A DNA stretch of 63,920 nucleotides, counting the filler, from an uncultured Acidimicrobiia bacterium (GTDB lineage: Bacteria; Actinomycetota; Acidimicrobiia; Spongiisociales; JAOTWH01), in the NCBI GenBank assembly GCA_964347285.1. It is 4 parts of 4 records of this genome, joined end to end, with 100 filler letters (N's around TTAATTAATTAA, not from the genome) between each part and the next. Parts side by side here need not be neighbours in the genome. Positions count along the whole stretch, not along the records: positions 20,829 to 41,475 come from CAYFYE010000043.1; positions 41,576 to 62,217 come from CAYFYE010000044.1; 2 more parts are not named here. One strand, written 5' to 3'. Positions 40,732 to 50,359 of the stretch are shown piece after piece. Below the pieces are notes generated by a model. That model made no database searches, was not told the origin of the DNA, and saw only the letters and a list, made by a program, of their open reading frames with translations. How positions within the stretch are numbered: position 1 is the stretch's first letter; the number at the start of each line of letters is the position of its first letter. Made by a program: the position numbers and the translations under genes.

Positions 40732-41475
40732 TCAGCCCCCCTGGACCTCCCGCAAGTAGTCGAGCAGGGCCCCGATCTCCTCATCGCTGAGGCTGGCGGA
40801 AAACCCGGGCATGCCCCCACCGCCCTGGGCGATCTGAGCGATGATCTCCTCGTCGGAGCGGTCGACCGATGCGGATCCGGAACCGAGCGCCGGAAAGGCT
40901 CCGACGCCCTCGAGCCCGGCGCCGTGGCACGTCGCGCAATAGGCGGCGTAGAGCGCAGCGCCGTCGGCCGCAACGTCCTCTGCGTCCTCTTCCTCTTCCC
41001 CGGGCTTCTCCTCGACCATTGCGGTGTCCTCTTCGGGAGCGGCGAGGGGCTGCTCCCCGCCGGGATTGCGCCAGTTGGGAAAGCTCGGGGCGCCCTCCTC
41101 CAGCGAGCGGATGTACACCACGATCGCCTCGATTTGCTCACTGGTGAACGGCCCGCCGAAATCGATCGAGTAGCTGGACATGGATGTCCCGGGAACACCC
41201 ACCGAGATCAGCTGGCGGATCTGCTCGTCGTCGACTTCATCGAGGAACTCCTTTGAGTTGAAGGCGGGAGCGATGCCGCCCGTGGCGTCGACGCCGTGGC
41301 ACTGGGCGCAGTTGACCTCGAACAGCTCTGCACCCACTGCCGCCAGATTCTCAGTGCGATGCTCCAGGGCGCTGTCGCGACGACTCGGCTCCAGGGCTCG
41401 ATAGATGGGAAAGGCGAATACGAAGGCGAAGAGCAGTAGCGTGCCGGCCAGCATCCAGTGGTTGGTCGATCGCTG
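40732..41475 (-). CDS. membrane-anchored diheme cytochrome c (5' end cut by contig end)
   Basis: CAQCH and CATCH heme motifs with Met ligands (GTSMS, GGMPGF). Confidence 0.9.
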   Translation of the reverse strand, partial: QRSTNHWMLAGTLLLFAFVFAFPIYRALEPSRRDSALEHRTENLAAVGAELFEVNCAQCHGVDATGGIAPAFNSKEFLDEVDDEQIRQLISVGVPGTSMSSYSIDFGGPFTSEQIEAIVVYIRSLEEGAPSFPNWRNPGGEQPLAAPEEDTAMVEEKPGEEEEDAEDVAADGAALYAAYCATCHGAGLEGVGAFPALGSGSASVDRSDEEIIAQIAQGGGGMPGFSASLSDEEIGALLDYLREVQGG

Positions 41476-41575
41476 NNNNNNNNNNNNNNNNNNNNNNNNN
41501 NNNNNNNNNNNNNNNNNNNTTAATTAATTAANNNNNNNNNNNNNNNNNNNNNNNNNNNNNNNNNNNNNNNNNNNN
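41476..41575. other. artificial contig linker
   Basis: N-TTAATTAATTAA-N. Confidence 0.98.
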
Positions 41576-41577
41576 TC

Positions 41578-41760
41578 ATCGTCACCCACAACATGCAGCA
41601 GGCGGCCCGGGTCAGTGACCGCACCGCCTTCTTCACGGTGCGCGTCAAAGAGAACGGCCAGCGAACGGGCGAGCTGGTCGAATACGACGAGACCGGAGTG
41701 ATCTTCACCAACCCCCGCGAACAGGACACCGAGGACTACATCACCGGGCGCTTCGGCTAG
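41578..41760 (+). CDS. pstB: phosphate ABC transporter ATPase, C-terminal fragment
   Basis: [19 protein letters not shown]...IFTNP...[10 protein letters not shown]; absent from the ORF track. Confidence 0.93.
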   Translation: MVTHNMQQAARVSDRTAFFTVRVKENGQRTGELVEYDETGVIFTNPREQDTEDYITGRFG

Positions 41761-41776
41761 CCCGACGGGAGGAACG

Positions 41777-42469
41777 ATGGCGACAGAGCCCGGACCCGAG
41801 CGCGAAGAGATTCGGCATCGCTTCGAGGAGAGCCTCGACGCGGTGCGCCGCGACTCCGTGGCTTTGGGCAGTCTCGTCCTCGAGAACGCGCGGCGGGCCA
41901 CCGAGGCGATGCTGAACAGCGACCTCGGTCTCGCCCAACGGGTCGTCGAGGCCGACGAGGAGGTCAACGAGCGCTACTCCGAGCTGGAGCGGCGGGTCTT
42001 CGAGATCCTGGCCCGCCAGCAGCCGGTGGCCGGCGATCTCCGCTTTCTCGTCTCGGTGACCCGCATGCTCTATGAGATCGAACGAACCGGCGACCTGGTG
42101 GTGAACTGCGCCACCTCGCTGCAGCGGACCGAAGGCTTCGAACTCTCACCGGCGACGCGCGGTCTCCTGGCTCGAGTGGCCAACGAGGCCTGCCGCCTCT
42201 GGTCCCGAGGCCTCGACGTGCTCGCCGACCTCGACGCCGAGGGGGGAGCAGGCCTCGAGAAGGAGGACGACGTCGTCGACGACCTCGTGGGCGAGTTCTT
42301 CGAAATCCTGGCGGCCGAGGCCGAGATGCACGGCCTCGAAACCGCCATCCAGATGTCCCGCATCGGCCGTTATCTGGAGCGCATCGCCGACCATGCCGTC
42401 AACATCGGCCAGCACGTCACCTACATCGTCACCGGCTCGTTCCCCGGCGATGCCCGGGCGGCCGACTGA
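41777..42469 (+). CDS. phoU: phosphate signalling protein PhoU
   Basis: RQQPVAGDLR, EIERTGD, RYLERIADHAVNI; follows pstB. Confidence 0.95.
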   Translation: MATEPGPEREEIRHRFEESLDAVRRDSVALGSLVLENARRATEAMLNSDLGLAQRVVEADEEVNERYSELERRVFEILARQQPVAGDLRFLVSVTRMLYEIERTGDLVVNCATSLQRTEGFELSPATRGLLARVANEACRLWSRGLDVLADLDAEGGAGLEKEDDVVDDLVGEFFEILAAEAEMHGLETAIQMSRIGRYLERIADHAVNIGQHVTYIVTGSFPGDARAAD

Positions 42470-42470
42470 C

Positions 42471-43400
42471 TTAGCCGAACAGCCGCTGCCACAGCCTGCT
42501 GAGCAGGCTCGGCGAGCGGGGCCGGGGCAGCTCCTGGAGCACCTGGTCGAGATGATCGGGCGGTAGATCTCCGACGAGGAGATAGGTCCGGCCATCGGCC
42601 CTCCACAGCACCCGCACCTCGCCGGGAAGAAGGGTGCGGAGGTACTCGGCACCGCCGACCTGATGGCGCCAACCGTCCTCGAGATCGGCGGCCCGCCGCG
42701 ATCCGGAAGCCTCGAACACCGAGAACGAGAAGAGCCCGTCGGTGTAGAACGACTGGGTCATCCCCTCCGGGGCCCGATAGCTGTCCGCCCGCCAGTATCC
42801 GGCGGCGGCGTCGGGCAGAGCCACCGAATCGAGAGAGGGAATCATCTCGTAGCCGTCCGGAGGGCCGGGCACGACGGGGAAGCTCCCGGCCGGGCCGAAC
42901 TCCAGCATCGCGCTCAGGCAGTAGACCCGGCCCGCTCCGTCGTAGACCTCGCTGAACAGCGGTGCCCAGGATTGGGTGTCGAGGATGAGGCGAGTCCGCA
43001 GCCGGTCGCCCTCCATCACCCTCACCTCGGTGACCTCGCGACCCATGAACCCGGTATGGCGGGGACCGCTGAGCTGGTAGCGGGAGCTCAGGCGCCAGGC
43101 CGACCAGTCGGCCAGCCGGAAGCTGGAGAATCCGGCGGTGTCGCCGATCTTGCCGTCGCCGACCATGGCGTCGTGGCCGCCCCGGTGGAGCACCGTCATC
43201 CCGCCGCTGCGGACCACTCGGTAAATGTCGGCGGCACTCTGTTTGCCGAGCCGGCACGCCACCAGCTGCCGCCCGCTGAATTCGGATTCGGCCGAGCGCT
43301 CCAGGTAGTCCTCGAGATCTTCGGCCCGGGCTCCGGCGAACAGCGCCCCGGCGGTGAGGAACGCCAGCGTGGCGGCGGCGAGTGCCGCGGCTCGCCTCAC
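42471..43400 (-). CDS. secreted RseB/MucB-like anti-sigma regulatory protein
   Basis: signal peptide; GR.V..V......R.RLILDTQSWAPL..EVYD..G; YTDGLFSFSVFE; coupled to the anti-sigma gene. Confidence 0.78.
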   Translation of the reverse strand: MRRAAALAAATLAFLTAGALFAGARAEDLEDYLERSAESEFSGRQLVACRLGKQSAADIYRVVRSGGMTVLHRGGHDAMVGDGKIGDTAGFSSFRLADWSAWRLSSRYQLSGPRHTGFMGREVTEVRVMEGDRLRTRLILDTQSWAPLFSEVYDGAGRVYCLSAMLEFGPAGSFPVVPGPPDGYEMIPSLDSVALPDAAAGYWRADSYRAPEGMTQSFYTDGLFSFSVFEASGSRRAADLEDGWRHQVGGAEYLRTLLPGEVRVLWRADGRTYLLVGDLPPDHLDQVLQELPRPRSPSLLSRLWQRLFG

Positions 43401-43795
43401 GGCTCGTTCACCACAGAAATCACGTTGATCGGGATCAACCCGGGATCAACCGAAGCACGTGCCGAGTGTTGCCGCACCACGGCATCGAGGTCGAGGGGCG
43501 CCGGTTCGTCCGACCCGCTTCCGGCTATTGCAAAGCCCGCCACCACCGCTGCAGCGGCCGCCATCGCGCCCAAGCGACTCGCCAGGCGGCGCCGCCGTCG
43601 ATGGGCAAAGGCTTCGAGGGAGACCGGCGAATCGAGGATGGGCAAGGAGCGGATCGCACTGCGCGCCGCGTCCACCCCGGCCATCTCGAATCGGCATTCC
43701 GAGCACCCGTCCAGGTGATCGACGACCAGGGCCCGCTCGCTCGGGGTCAGCTCTCCGTCGAGGTAGGCGGAAAGGAGGTCGCCGACGTGGTTCAC
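43397..43795 (-). CDS. zinc-binding (zf-HC2/ZAS) transmembrane anti-sigma factor
   Basis: H..DLLSAYLDGEL, HLDGCSEC, one TM helix, short outside tail. Confidence 0.9.
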   Translation of the reverse strand: MNHVGDLLSAYLDGELTPSERALVVDHLDGCSECRFEMAGVDAARSAIRSLPILDSPVSLEAFAHRRRRRLASRLGAMAAAAAVVAGFAIAGSGSDEPAPLDLDAVVRQHSARASVDPGLIPINVISVVNEP

Positions 43796-44292
43796 CCGAG
43801 CATCTCCTTCAGCATCTTGCGTCCCCGATGAATCCTGCTCCGGACGGTACCGACGGGGACATCGACCGCCTGAGCGATGTCTTCATACGTGAGGCCGACC
43901 ACATCGCAGAGCACCACTGCCTCCCGAAAGTCGTAGGGCAGCTTGAGGAGCGCCGACTGGACGTCCTCGCTGAGGCGGATGGAGGCGAGGACCTCGTCGG
44001 GAGAAGGCGAAGCGGTGCCGATTGTCCGATCGTCGTCGGGGAGGGGAACCGTCGGCCTCCGCTTCCGATAACGGATCGAGTCCACGAAGGCGTTGCGGGT
44101 GATCCGCCACAGCCAGCCGTCGAACGAGCCGGGACGGTAGGTACGAAGCCCACGTCGCACCCGGAGCAGCACCTCTTGAGCCAGATCGGCGGCATCGTCC
44201 GGGTTGCCGGTGAGCCGGTACGCAAAGTTGTAGATCTTACGACCATCGCGGCGCGCAACCTCCTCCCAAGTTGGGATTCGTTGCTCAGGCAT
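43792..44292 (-). CDS. sigE: ECF sigma factor, SigE-like
   Basis: PTWEEV, AYRLTGN..DA.DL.QEV, Y.PGSFDGWL.RIT.N.F.D, VVLCDVVGLTYEDIA, GTVRSRIHRGR. Confidence 0.88.
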   Translation of the reverse strand: MPEQRIPTWEEVARRDGRKIYNFAYRLTGNPDDAADLAQEVLLRVRRGLRTYRPGSFDGWLWRITRNAFVDSIRYRKRRPTVPLPDDDRTIGTASPSPDEVLASIRLSEDVQSALLKLPYDFREAVVLCDVVGLTYEDIAQAVDVPVGTVRSRIHRGRKMLKEMLG

Positions 44293-44333
44293 TCACCAAC
44301 CCACCAACGACTGCGGGCCGCGGTGGGTTCCCC

Positions 44334-44516
44334 CTATGCCTCCGCCGACTCGTCCTCGGATTCCTCCTCGATGCCCTCCTCGACACCCTTGCGGAACTCC
44401 TTGGCCGAAGCTCCCAGCGACCTGGCCAGCTGGGGCAGCTTGGTGGCGCCGAAGAGGAGCACGATGACCAGGACGATGATGGCAATCTCCCCGGGTCCGA
44501 TTCGGACACCAAACAT
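44334..44516 (-). CDS. tatA: twin-arginine translocase TatA
   Basis: GPGEIAIIVLVIVLLFGATKLPQLARSLG..AKEFRKG. Confidence 0.94.
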   Translation of the reverse strand: MFGVRIGPGEIAIIVLVIVLLFGATKLPQLARSLGASAKEFRKGVEEGIEEESEDESAEA

Positions 44517-44578
44517 GGATTTCGCTCCTTTCGGCGTGAGTGTACTCCGGCGGGCGTGATGAGACCGGCGCAGCGCCG

Positions 44579-45490
44579 TCAGCCGACGGTAAGGGCGTCG
44601 ACGAAGCCCTGGAGGCGCTCCCGGGTGACGAAGCGCACCCGCGGCTCGCGCCGTTCGCGCTCGTAAACCTCGAAGGGGCCGAACTTGTCGGAAACCATCA
44701 GCCCCCGGTCGGCTCCCGAGTTCATGAAGTCGACCACGAACTCGCGAATCGCCTCGGAGCTCACCTCGGGATAATCCCCTTCCCGGTGGGGAAGGACACG
44801 CAGATAGGTCCGGCTGCCACCCTTGGAGGCCATGAAGGAAGCCTCTTTGCCGCCGGGGGCGATCACATATCCTGAGAGCCGCAGGAGCCCGACGGCCAGG
44901 TCGTCGGGCGACAAGGCGGCCGGCTCGAGGCCCTGGGCCCGCAGCCCGGCCTCGGTGGCCGCGCTCAAACGTACCTCCTCGCTCAGGGGCCGCAGGCCCC
45001 CCTCGCGGGCGGTTTCGGCGACTCCGGGAGCCACCGTGGCCACCTCCGAGGAGTAGGCCGCCAGCGGATCGAAGCCGACCTTGGAGGCATGGGGGGCGAA
45101 CTGGGAGGGCATCGCCGGCGGAGGGAGCTCGCCGGGAGTCTCGAGGTCGACCCGCCCCACCTCGGCCGGCTCGCCGTAGCGCGTTCCGAGAGCGATGACC
45201 CGGCTGACCTGAGAGATCGGAAGGTCGTGCCGTTTCTCTCTGACCACTTCGACGGCTTCGTGGACGAGCAGATCCCGCAGCACTTTGTCCACTTCACCTT
45301 CCGGAATCGGTACGTCGAAGTGCACCAGGGCCGATTCTCCCCGGACGTGGAAATCGGCGATGCGGGGATGGAGGCGGAAGGTCTCGGCCGCCTCGGGAGA
45401 GGCCGGCCGGCTCCCCGGGCCGAAAGCCCACACCAGGAACACGATGGCCCCCACCACGACGACCGCAGCGATGATGATGGCGATGACCAC
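44579..45490 (-). CDS. membrane-anchored hypothetical protein with a degenerate Mrr-like restriction-endonuclease domain
   Basis: N-terminal TM helix; C-terminal LLRLSGY...V.SEAIREF......GADRGLMVS...VRFVTRERL pattern. Confidence 0.6.
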   Translation of the reverse strand: MVIAIIIAAVVVVGAIVFLVWAFGPGSRPASPEAAETFRLHPRIADFHVRGESALVHFDVPIPEGEVDKVLRDLLVHEAVEVVREKRHDLPISQVSRVIALGTRYGEPAEVGRVDLETPGELPPPAMPSQFAPHASKVGFDPLAAYSSEVATVAPGVAETAREGGLRPLSEEVRLSAATEAGLRAQGLEPAALSPDDLAVGLLRLSGYVIAPGGKEASFMASKGGSRTYLRVLPHREGDYPEVSSEAIREFVVDFMNSGADRGLMVSDKFGPFEVYERERREPRVRFVTRERLQGFVDALTVG

Positions 45491-45558
45491 GTCGACCTCC
45501 GGTTACCCGGAGCGATTGTAGGGTCGCTTTGGGAAGGCCGGTCGGGTAGGTCGCTCCG

Positions 45559-45837
45559 CTACGAGGCCTCGCGGCGAGCCGCCAGCTGCCGCTCGCGACG
45601 GATCTTGCGCCGCTCGCGCTCGGACAGCCCGCCCCAGATGCCAAACTTCTCGCTGTTGACGATGGCGAACTCGAGGCACTCCTCCCGGACGATGCACTCC
45701 CGGCAGATCGCCTTGGCGGTCCGGGTCGACGCACCCCGCTCGGGGAAGAAGAGATCGGCGTCACCGCCTCGACAATTGGCCATGTCCTGCCACGACAGGT
45801 CGACCTCGAAGAGCTCTTCCATGAGCTTCTGCATCAC
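45559..45837 (-). CDS. whiB: WhiB family transcriptional regulator (WhiB/WhiB2-like)
   Basis: SWQD.ANC, LFFPERGASTR.AK.ICREC.VREECLE, FGIWGGLSERERR. Confidence 0.92.
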   Translation of the reverse strand: MMQKLMEELFEVDLSWQDMANCRGGDADLFFPERGASTRTAKAICRECIVREECLEFAIVNSEKFGIWGGLSERERRKIRRERQLAARREAS

Positions 45838-45861
45838 GGACGGTCCTCCTCACATCCGTGT

Positions 45862-45905
45862 AATTACAGATTTGTAATTTACGGCGCGGGGAGGTCCGCT
45901 GTCAA
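45862..45905 (-). promoter_or_regulatory. whiB promoter with an overlapping inverted repeat
   Basis: TTGACA (45900-45905)-N18-TAAATT (45876-45881) on the minus strand; AATTACA-N4-TGTAATT at 45862-45879. Confidence 0.75.
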
Positions 45906-46025
45906 ATCGAGTTCAGCCGGGAACGGCGGCGTGACCATAATGCCGGTCATGACCGGGACGGCCGCCGCCTCGACCCCTCCCCCAGCCGCCCGCCTCCATG
46001 TCGGTCAAACCTTCGAAGCGGGACC

Positions 46026-46751
46026 GTGACCGCCACCGAAGCTCCCCCGGAAGCACCGTCGCGTCGCCGCTTCTGGCTGGTCGACATCTACCGGTCGGCC
46101 GTCGGCAAGAAGTGGGCCATGGCCCTGAGCGGCATCGTGCTCTTGGGGTACATCATCTCCCACATGCTGGGAAACCTGAAGGTCTACATCGGACCCGAGG
46201 AGATCAACTCGTACGGCGAAGCCCTGCGCGACCTGGGCGGGCACCTGGTTCCCCGCACCCATCTGTTGTGGATCATCCGCTTCGTGCTCATCGGGGCCTT
46301 TGCGGTGCACATCCACGCCGCCTTTGCGCTCACGGTGGAGAACCGGGCCAAGCGGGGTACCCCCCGATACCAGAGCCGACGCGACTATCTGGCGGCCAAC
46401 TACGCCTCCCGCACGATGATCTGGACCGGGATCATCGTCCTGCTCTTCCTGGCCTTCCACCTCGCCGACCTCACCTGGGGCTTCGCCAACCCCGACTTCG
46501 TTCGCGGCGACGTCTACGCCAACCTGGTGGCGAGCTTCCAGCGGGTGCCGGTGGCGATCCTCTACATCGTGGCCAACCTGGCGCTGGGGTTGCACATCTA
46601 CCACGGGGCCTGGAGCCTGTTCCAGAGCATGGGAGCCCACAACCCCCGCTTCGACCACTGGCGGAGATGGTTCGCCCAGGGATTTGCGGCGGTGATCGTG
46701 GCCGGCAACGTGCTCTTCCCGATCACGGTGCTGGTGGGGGTGGTCGACTGA
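46026..46751 (+). CDS. sdhC: succinate dehydrogenase cytochrome b subunit
   Basis: [20 protein letters not shown], five TM helices with His ligands; upstream of sdhAB. Confidence 0.93.
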   Translation: MTATEAPPEAPSRRRFWLVDIYRSAVGKKWAMALSGIVLLGYIISHMLGNLKVYIGPEEINSYGEALRDLGGHLVPRTHLLWIIRFVLIGAFAVHIHAAFALTVENRAKRGTPRYQSRRDYLAANYASRTMIWTGIIVLLFLAFHLADLTWGFANPDFVRGDVYANLVASFQRVPVAILYIVANLALGLHIYHGAWSLFQSMGAHNPRFDHWRRWFAQGFAAVIVAGNVLFPITVLVGVVD

Positions 46752-48667
46752 TGGAGCTCGACGCCCGCACCCCCGAAGGACCCATCGAGCAGAAGTGGGA
46801 CCGGCACCGATTTGAAATGAAGCTGGTGGCCCCCGCCAACAAGCGCAAGTTCTCGGTGATCGTCGTCGGCACCGGGCTAGCCGGCGCCTCGGCGGCGGCC
46901 ACCCTCGGCGAGTTGGGCTACCAGGTGAAGGTGATCACCTACCACGACTCGGCCCGCCGGGCCCACTCCATCGCCGCCCAGGGCGGGATCAACGCCGCCA
47001 AGAACTACCGGGGCGACGGCGACAGCATCTTCCGGCTGTTCTACGACACGGTGAAAGGCGGCGACTATCGGTCTCGCGAGGCCAACGTCTACCGGCTGGC
47101 CCAGGTCAGCCTGGAGATCATCGATCAGTGCGTCGCCCAGGGGGTGCCCTTCGCCCGGGAGTACGGAGGCCTCCTCGACACTCGTTCGTTCGGGGGCGTG
47201 CAGGTGTCCCGCACGTTCTACGCCCGGGGACAGACCGGCCAGCAGCTGCTCCTGGGGGCCTATCAGGCGCTGATGCGCCAGGTGGGGCTGGGAAACGTGG
47301 AGCTGCTCACCCGGACCGAGATGCTCGACGTCGTGATCGCCGAAGGGCGAGCGGCCGGAGTGGTCACCCGAGACCTGGTCACCGGCGAGGTCCACTCGCA
47401 CACCGCCCACGCCGTCGTGCTGGCCACCGGCGGCTATGCCAACGTGTACTTCCTGTCGACGATGGCCCGGGCCTCCAACGTCACCGCCGCCTGGCGGGCC
47501 CACCGCAAAGGCGCGTTGTTCGCCAACCCCTGCTTCACGCAGATCCACCCCACCTGCATCCCGGCCGGCGGCGAGTTCCAGTCAAAGCTCACCCTCATGT
47601 CCGAGTCGCTGCGCAACGACGGACGCATCTGGGTACCTAAGGAGCCCGGCGAGCCACGGGCCCCCAACGACATCCCGCCTGAGGAGCGCGACTACTACCT
47701 CGAGCGCCAGTACCCCGCCTTCGGCAACCTCGTTCCTCGCGACGTGGCCTCCCGGGCCGCCATGCGGATGATGGATCAGAACCGGGGCGTGGGCCCGCTG
47801 CGCAACGGCGTATACCTGGACTTCGCCGAGGCCATCGCCCGCTTGGGCCGCGACGTCATCGAGGAGCGCTACGGCAACCTCTTCGAGATGTACGAGCGCA
47901 TCACGGACGAAGACCCCTACCAAGTGCCGATGCGCATCTACCCGGCCCCTCACTACACGATGGGGGGACTGTGGGTCGACTACAACCTGATGACCACGGT
48001 CCCCGGCCTCTATGCCATCGGCGAGGCCAACTTCTCCGACCACGGAGCCAATCGCCTAGGGGCCTCGGCGCTCATGCAGGGCCTGGCCGACGGCTATTTC
48101 GTCCTCCCCTACACCATCGGTGACTACCTGGCCCCCTACCTCGGCACCGATCCGGTCCCCGTGGACCACGAGTCGTTCCGGGCCGCCGAGGCCGAGGTGG
48201 CCCAGCGGGTCGATCGGCTCCTCGGCGTCAACGGCAGCCGGTCGGTGGACTGGTTCCACCGGGAGCTGGGCAAGATCATGATCGAGCAGTGCGGCATGGC
48301 CCGCAGCGCCCCCGGCCTGGAAAAGGCGCTCAGCGAGATCCCGGCGCTGCGCGAGGAGTTCTACGCAGACGTCCGGGTGCTCGGCGACGGGGAGACGCTC
48401 AACCAGTCGCTGGAGAAGGCGGGTCGGGTGGCCGACTACTTCGAGCTGGCCGAGTTGATGTGCCGAGATGCCCTGGACCGCGAGGAGTCGTGCGGCGCTC
48501 ACTTCCGCATGGAGCACCAGACCGATGACGGCGAGGCGCAGCGCGACGACGACAACTACGCCTTCGTGTCCGCCTGGGAGTGGCGGGGCGATGATGTCGA
48601 GCCGGTCCGGTACCGGGAGCCGTTGGAGTTCGAATACGTGCTGCCCACCCGGAGGAGCTACAAGTGA
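46751..48667 (+). CDS. sdhA: succinate dehydrogenase/fumarate reductase flavoprotein subunit
   Basis: [59 protein letters not shown]. Confidence 0.96.
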   Translation: MELDARTPEGPIEQKWDRHRFEMKLVAPANKRKFSVIVVGTGLAGASAAATLGELGYQVKVITYHDSARRAHSIAAQGGINAAKNYRGDGDSIFRLFYDTVKGGDYRSREANVYRLAQVSLEIIDQCVAQGVPFAREYGGLLDTRSFGGVQVSRTFYARGQTGQQLLLGAYQALMRQVGLGNVELLTRTEMLDVVIAEGRAAGVVTRDLVTGEVHSHTAHAVVLATGGYANVYFLSTMARASNVTAAWRAHRKGALFANPCFTQIHPTCIPAGGEFQSKLTLMSESLRNDGRIWVPKEPGEPRAPNDIPPEERDYYLERQYPAFGNLVPRDVASRAAMRMMDQNRGVGPLRNGVYLDFAEAIARLGRDVIEERYGNLFEMYERITDEDPYQVPMRIYPAPHYTMGGLWVDYNLMTTVPGLYAIGEANFSDHGANRLGASALMQGLADGYFVLPYTIGDYLAPYLGTDPVPVDHESFRAAEAEVAQRVDRLLGVNGSRSVDWFHRELGKIMIEQCGMARSAPGLEKALSEIPALREEFYADVRVLGDGETLNQSLEKAGRVADYFELAELMCRDALDREESCGAHFRMEHQTDDGEAQRDDDNYAFVSAWEWRGDDVEPVRYREPLEFEYVLPTRRSYK

Positions 48668-49428
48668 ATCTCACCCTCCAGGTGTGGCGCCAGGCGGGAC
48701 CGGATCAGCCGGGCCGCATGGTCACCTACGACGCCCCCGACATCAGCCCCGATATGTCGTTCCTCGAGATGCTCGATGTGGTGAACGAGCGCCTCATTGC
48801 CGGCGGGGAGGAGCCCATTGCCTTCGAGCACGATTGCCGGGAAGGGATCTGCGGCTCGTGCGGCCTGATGATCAACGGCCAGGCCCACGGCCCGCAGCAG
48901 GGCACCGCCACCTGCCAGCTCCACATGCGCAAGTTCTCCGACGGCAAGGTGATCATCATCGAGCCGTGGCGGGCGGCGGCTTTCCCGGTCATCAAGGATC
49001 TCGTGGTGGATCGCAGCCCCCTCGACCGGATCATCGAAGCCGGGGGCTTCATCACTGCCCCCACCGGCACGGCCCCCGATGCCAACCTCATACTCGTGCC
49101 CAAGGAAGCCGTCGACTCCGCCATGGATGCCGCCGCCTGCATCGGCTGCGCCGCCTGCGTGGCCGCCTGCCCCAACTCGGCGGCCCAGCTGTTCACGGCG
49201 GCCAAGGTGGCCCATCTCGGACTCCTCCCTCAGGGCCAGCCGGAACGGTACGCCCGTGTAGAGGCGATGGTGGAGGTCATGGAGGAATACTTCGGCTCCT
49301 GCACCAACCACGCCGAGTGCGAGAAGGCCTGCCCCAAGTCGATCTCGATCGACTTCATCGCCCTGATGAATCGCGACTACGCCGTCGCCAAGTTCAAGAA
49401 TCGCAAGCTGGCCGGTCAGCGCAGCTAG
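48664..49428 (+). CDS. sdhB: succinate dehydrogenase iron-sulfur subunit
   Basis: [35 protein letters not shown]. Confidence 0.96.
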   Translation: MNLTLQVWRQAGPDQPGRMVTYDAPDISPDMSFLEMLDVVNERLIAGGEEPIAFEHDCREGICGSCGLMINGQAHGPQQGTATCQLHMRKFSDGKVIIIEPWRAAAFPVIKDLVVDRSPLDRIIEAGGFITAPTGTAPDANLILVPKEAVDSAMDAAACIGCAACVAACPNSAAQLFTAAKVAHLGLLPQGQPERYARVEAMVEVMEEYFGSCTNHAECEKACPKSISIDFIALMNRDYAVAKFKNRKLAGQRS

Positions 49429-49435
49429 CGCCCCG

Positions 49436-50179
49436 CTACTTCTCTCCCAATGCGGTGACGGACCCGGTCCCGGTGACCTGCTGGCCGACCACAGGGTTGC
49501 CGAAGAAGTCGACCGACCCCACCCCGGTGATCGAGACGTCGAGCTCGTCGACGGCCCAAACAGTGACCTCCCCGCTCCCGGGGATATCAACATTGGCGAT
49601 GCTGCTCTCCAGTTTCCCGGCGTTGTAACCGCCGGCCCCCGCCACAACCACCGATTGAACGTCGACGATTCCCGACAATGTGATGTCTCCACCCCCTAGC
49701 AACTCCACCGACAGGTCGGCGGCCGACAGGTTGTCGATGCTGATCTCGCCGCCACCGGCCAGCAGCACGTCGAAGGTGTCGGCCTCGACCCGGTCCACCT
49801 CGAATGCCCCGCCGCCGAGCAGCTCCACCCCGGTGAGCTCGGCCACCCCCACCCGGTAGACGATGCCCCGAGACGGATCCACGTCGACGCCCTCGGAGGT
49901 GGCGATCTCGAGGGCACCGCCGGAGACGGTGGTTTCCAGGTACTGCATGAGATTGTCGTCGGCCTCGATCGTCAGCGACTCGGATGCTCCGACGGTGATG
50001 ACCACCCGTCCTTCTCCCGCCAAGACGACTCGGTCGAACCCGGAGACGTCGCGTGATTCGGTGATGACGTCACCGGATCCTTCGATCTTCTCCGTCCCCT
50101 CGATGAGCCCGACCCCGTCATCGCATGCAACAACCAAGGCGGCCAGCAGGATCGGCATCACGAGACGACGACACGGCAT
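49436..50179 (-). CDS. GIN-domain (DUF2807) beta-helix lipoprotein
   Basis: lipobox LVVAC; GSGDVITESRDVSGFD, ADDNL, repeated V.L.GGG.I units. Confidence 0.85.
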   Translation of the reverse strand: MPCRRLVMPILLAALVVACDDGVGLIEGTEKIEGSGDVITESRDVSGFDRVVLAGEGRVVITVGASESLTIEADDNLMQYLETTVSGGALEIATSEGVDVDPSRGIVYRVGVAELTGVELLGGGAFEVDRVEADTFDVLLAGGGEISIDNLSAADLSVELLGGGDITLSGIVDVQSVVVAGAGGYNAGKLESSIANVDIPGSGEVTVWAVDELDVSITGVGSVDFFGNPVVGQQVTGTGSVTALGEK

Positions 50180-50210
50180 GAGGACCCTCCCCTCGGTGAT
50201 CTCGTAAACC

Positions 50211-50254
50211 ACCTTGGACCCGCCCCCGGGCTCTTGCCAGGGCCGAACGACCAC
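50211..50254 (-). promoter_or_regulatory. putative DosR/OsdR-type box upstream of the GIN-domain lipoprotein gene
   Basis: AGGGCCGAACGACCAC at 50239-50254, centred -42.5 from CAAGGT (50211-50216, minus). Confidence 0.5.
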
Positions 50255-50359
50255 AACCGCCCGAGTCGGAAGCACCGAGGTTCCGACCGAGGTGGAAGAA
50301 CCCGGAGGGTTCATCGAGGCCGAGGACTGCAACGGGCGGGAAGCCGACGGCGAGGGTCC

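Noticed and set aside
45998..48667. 889-aa SdhA, 638-aa Icd, 598-aa MenA and 450-aa PEBP fusions implied by the ORF track
   Set aside because: The N-terminal extensions are off-frame or antisense translations of neighbouring genes; the true starts are internal.
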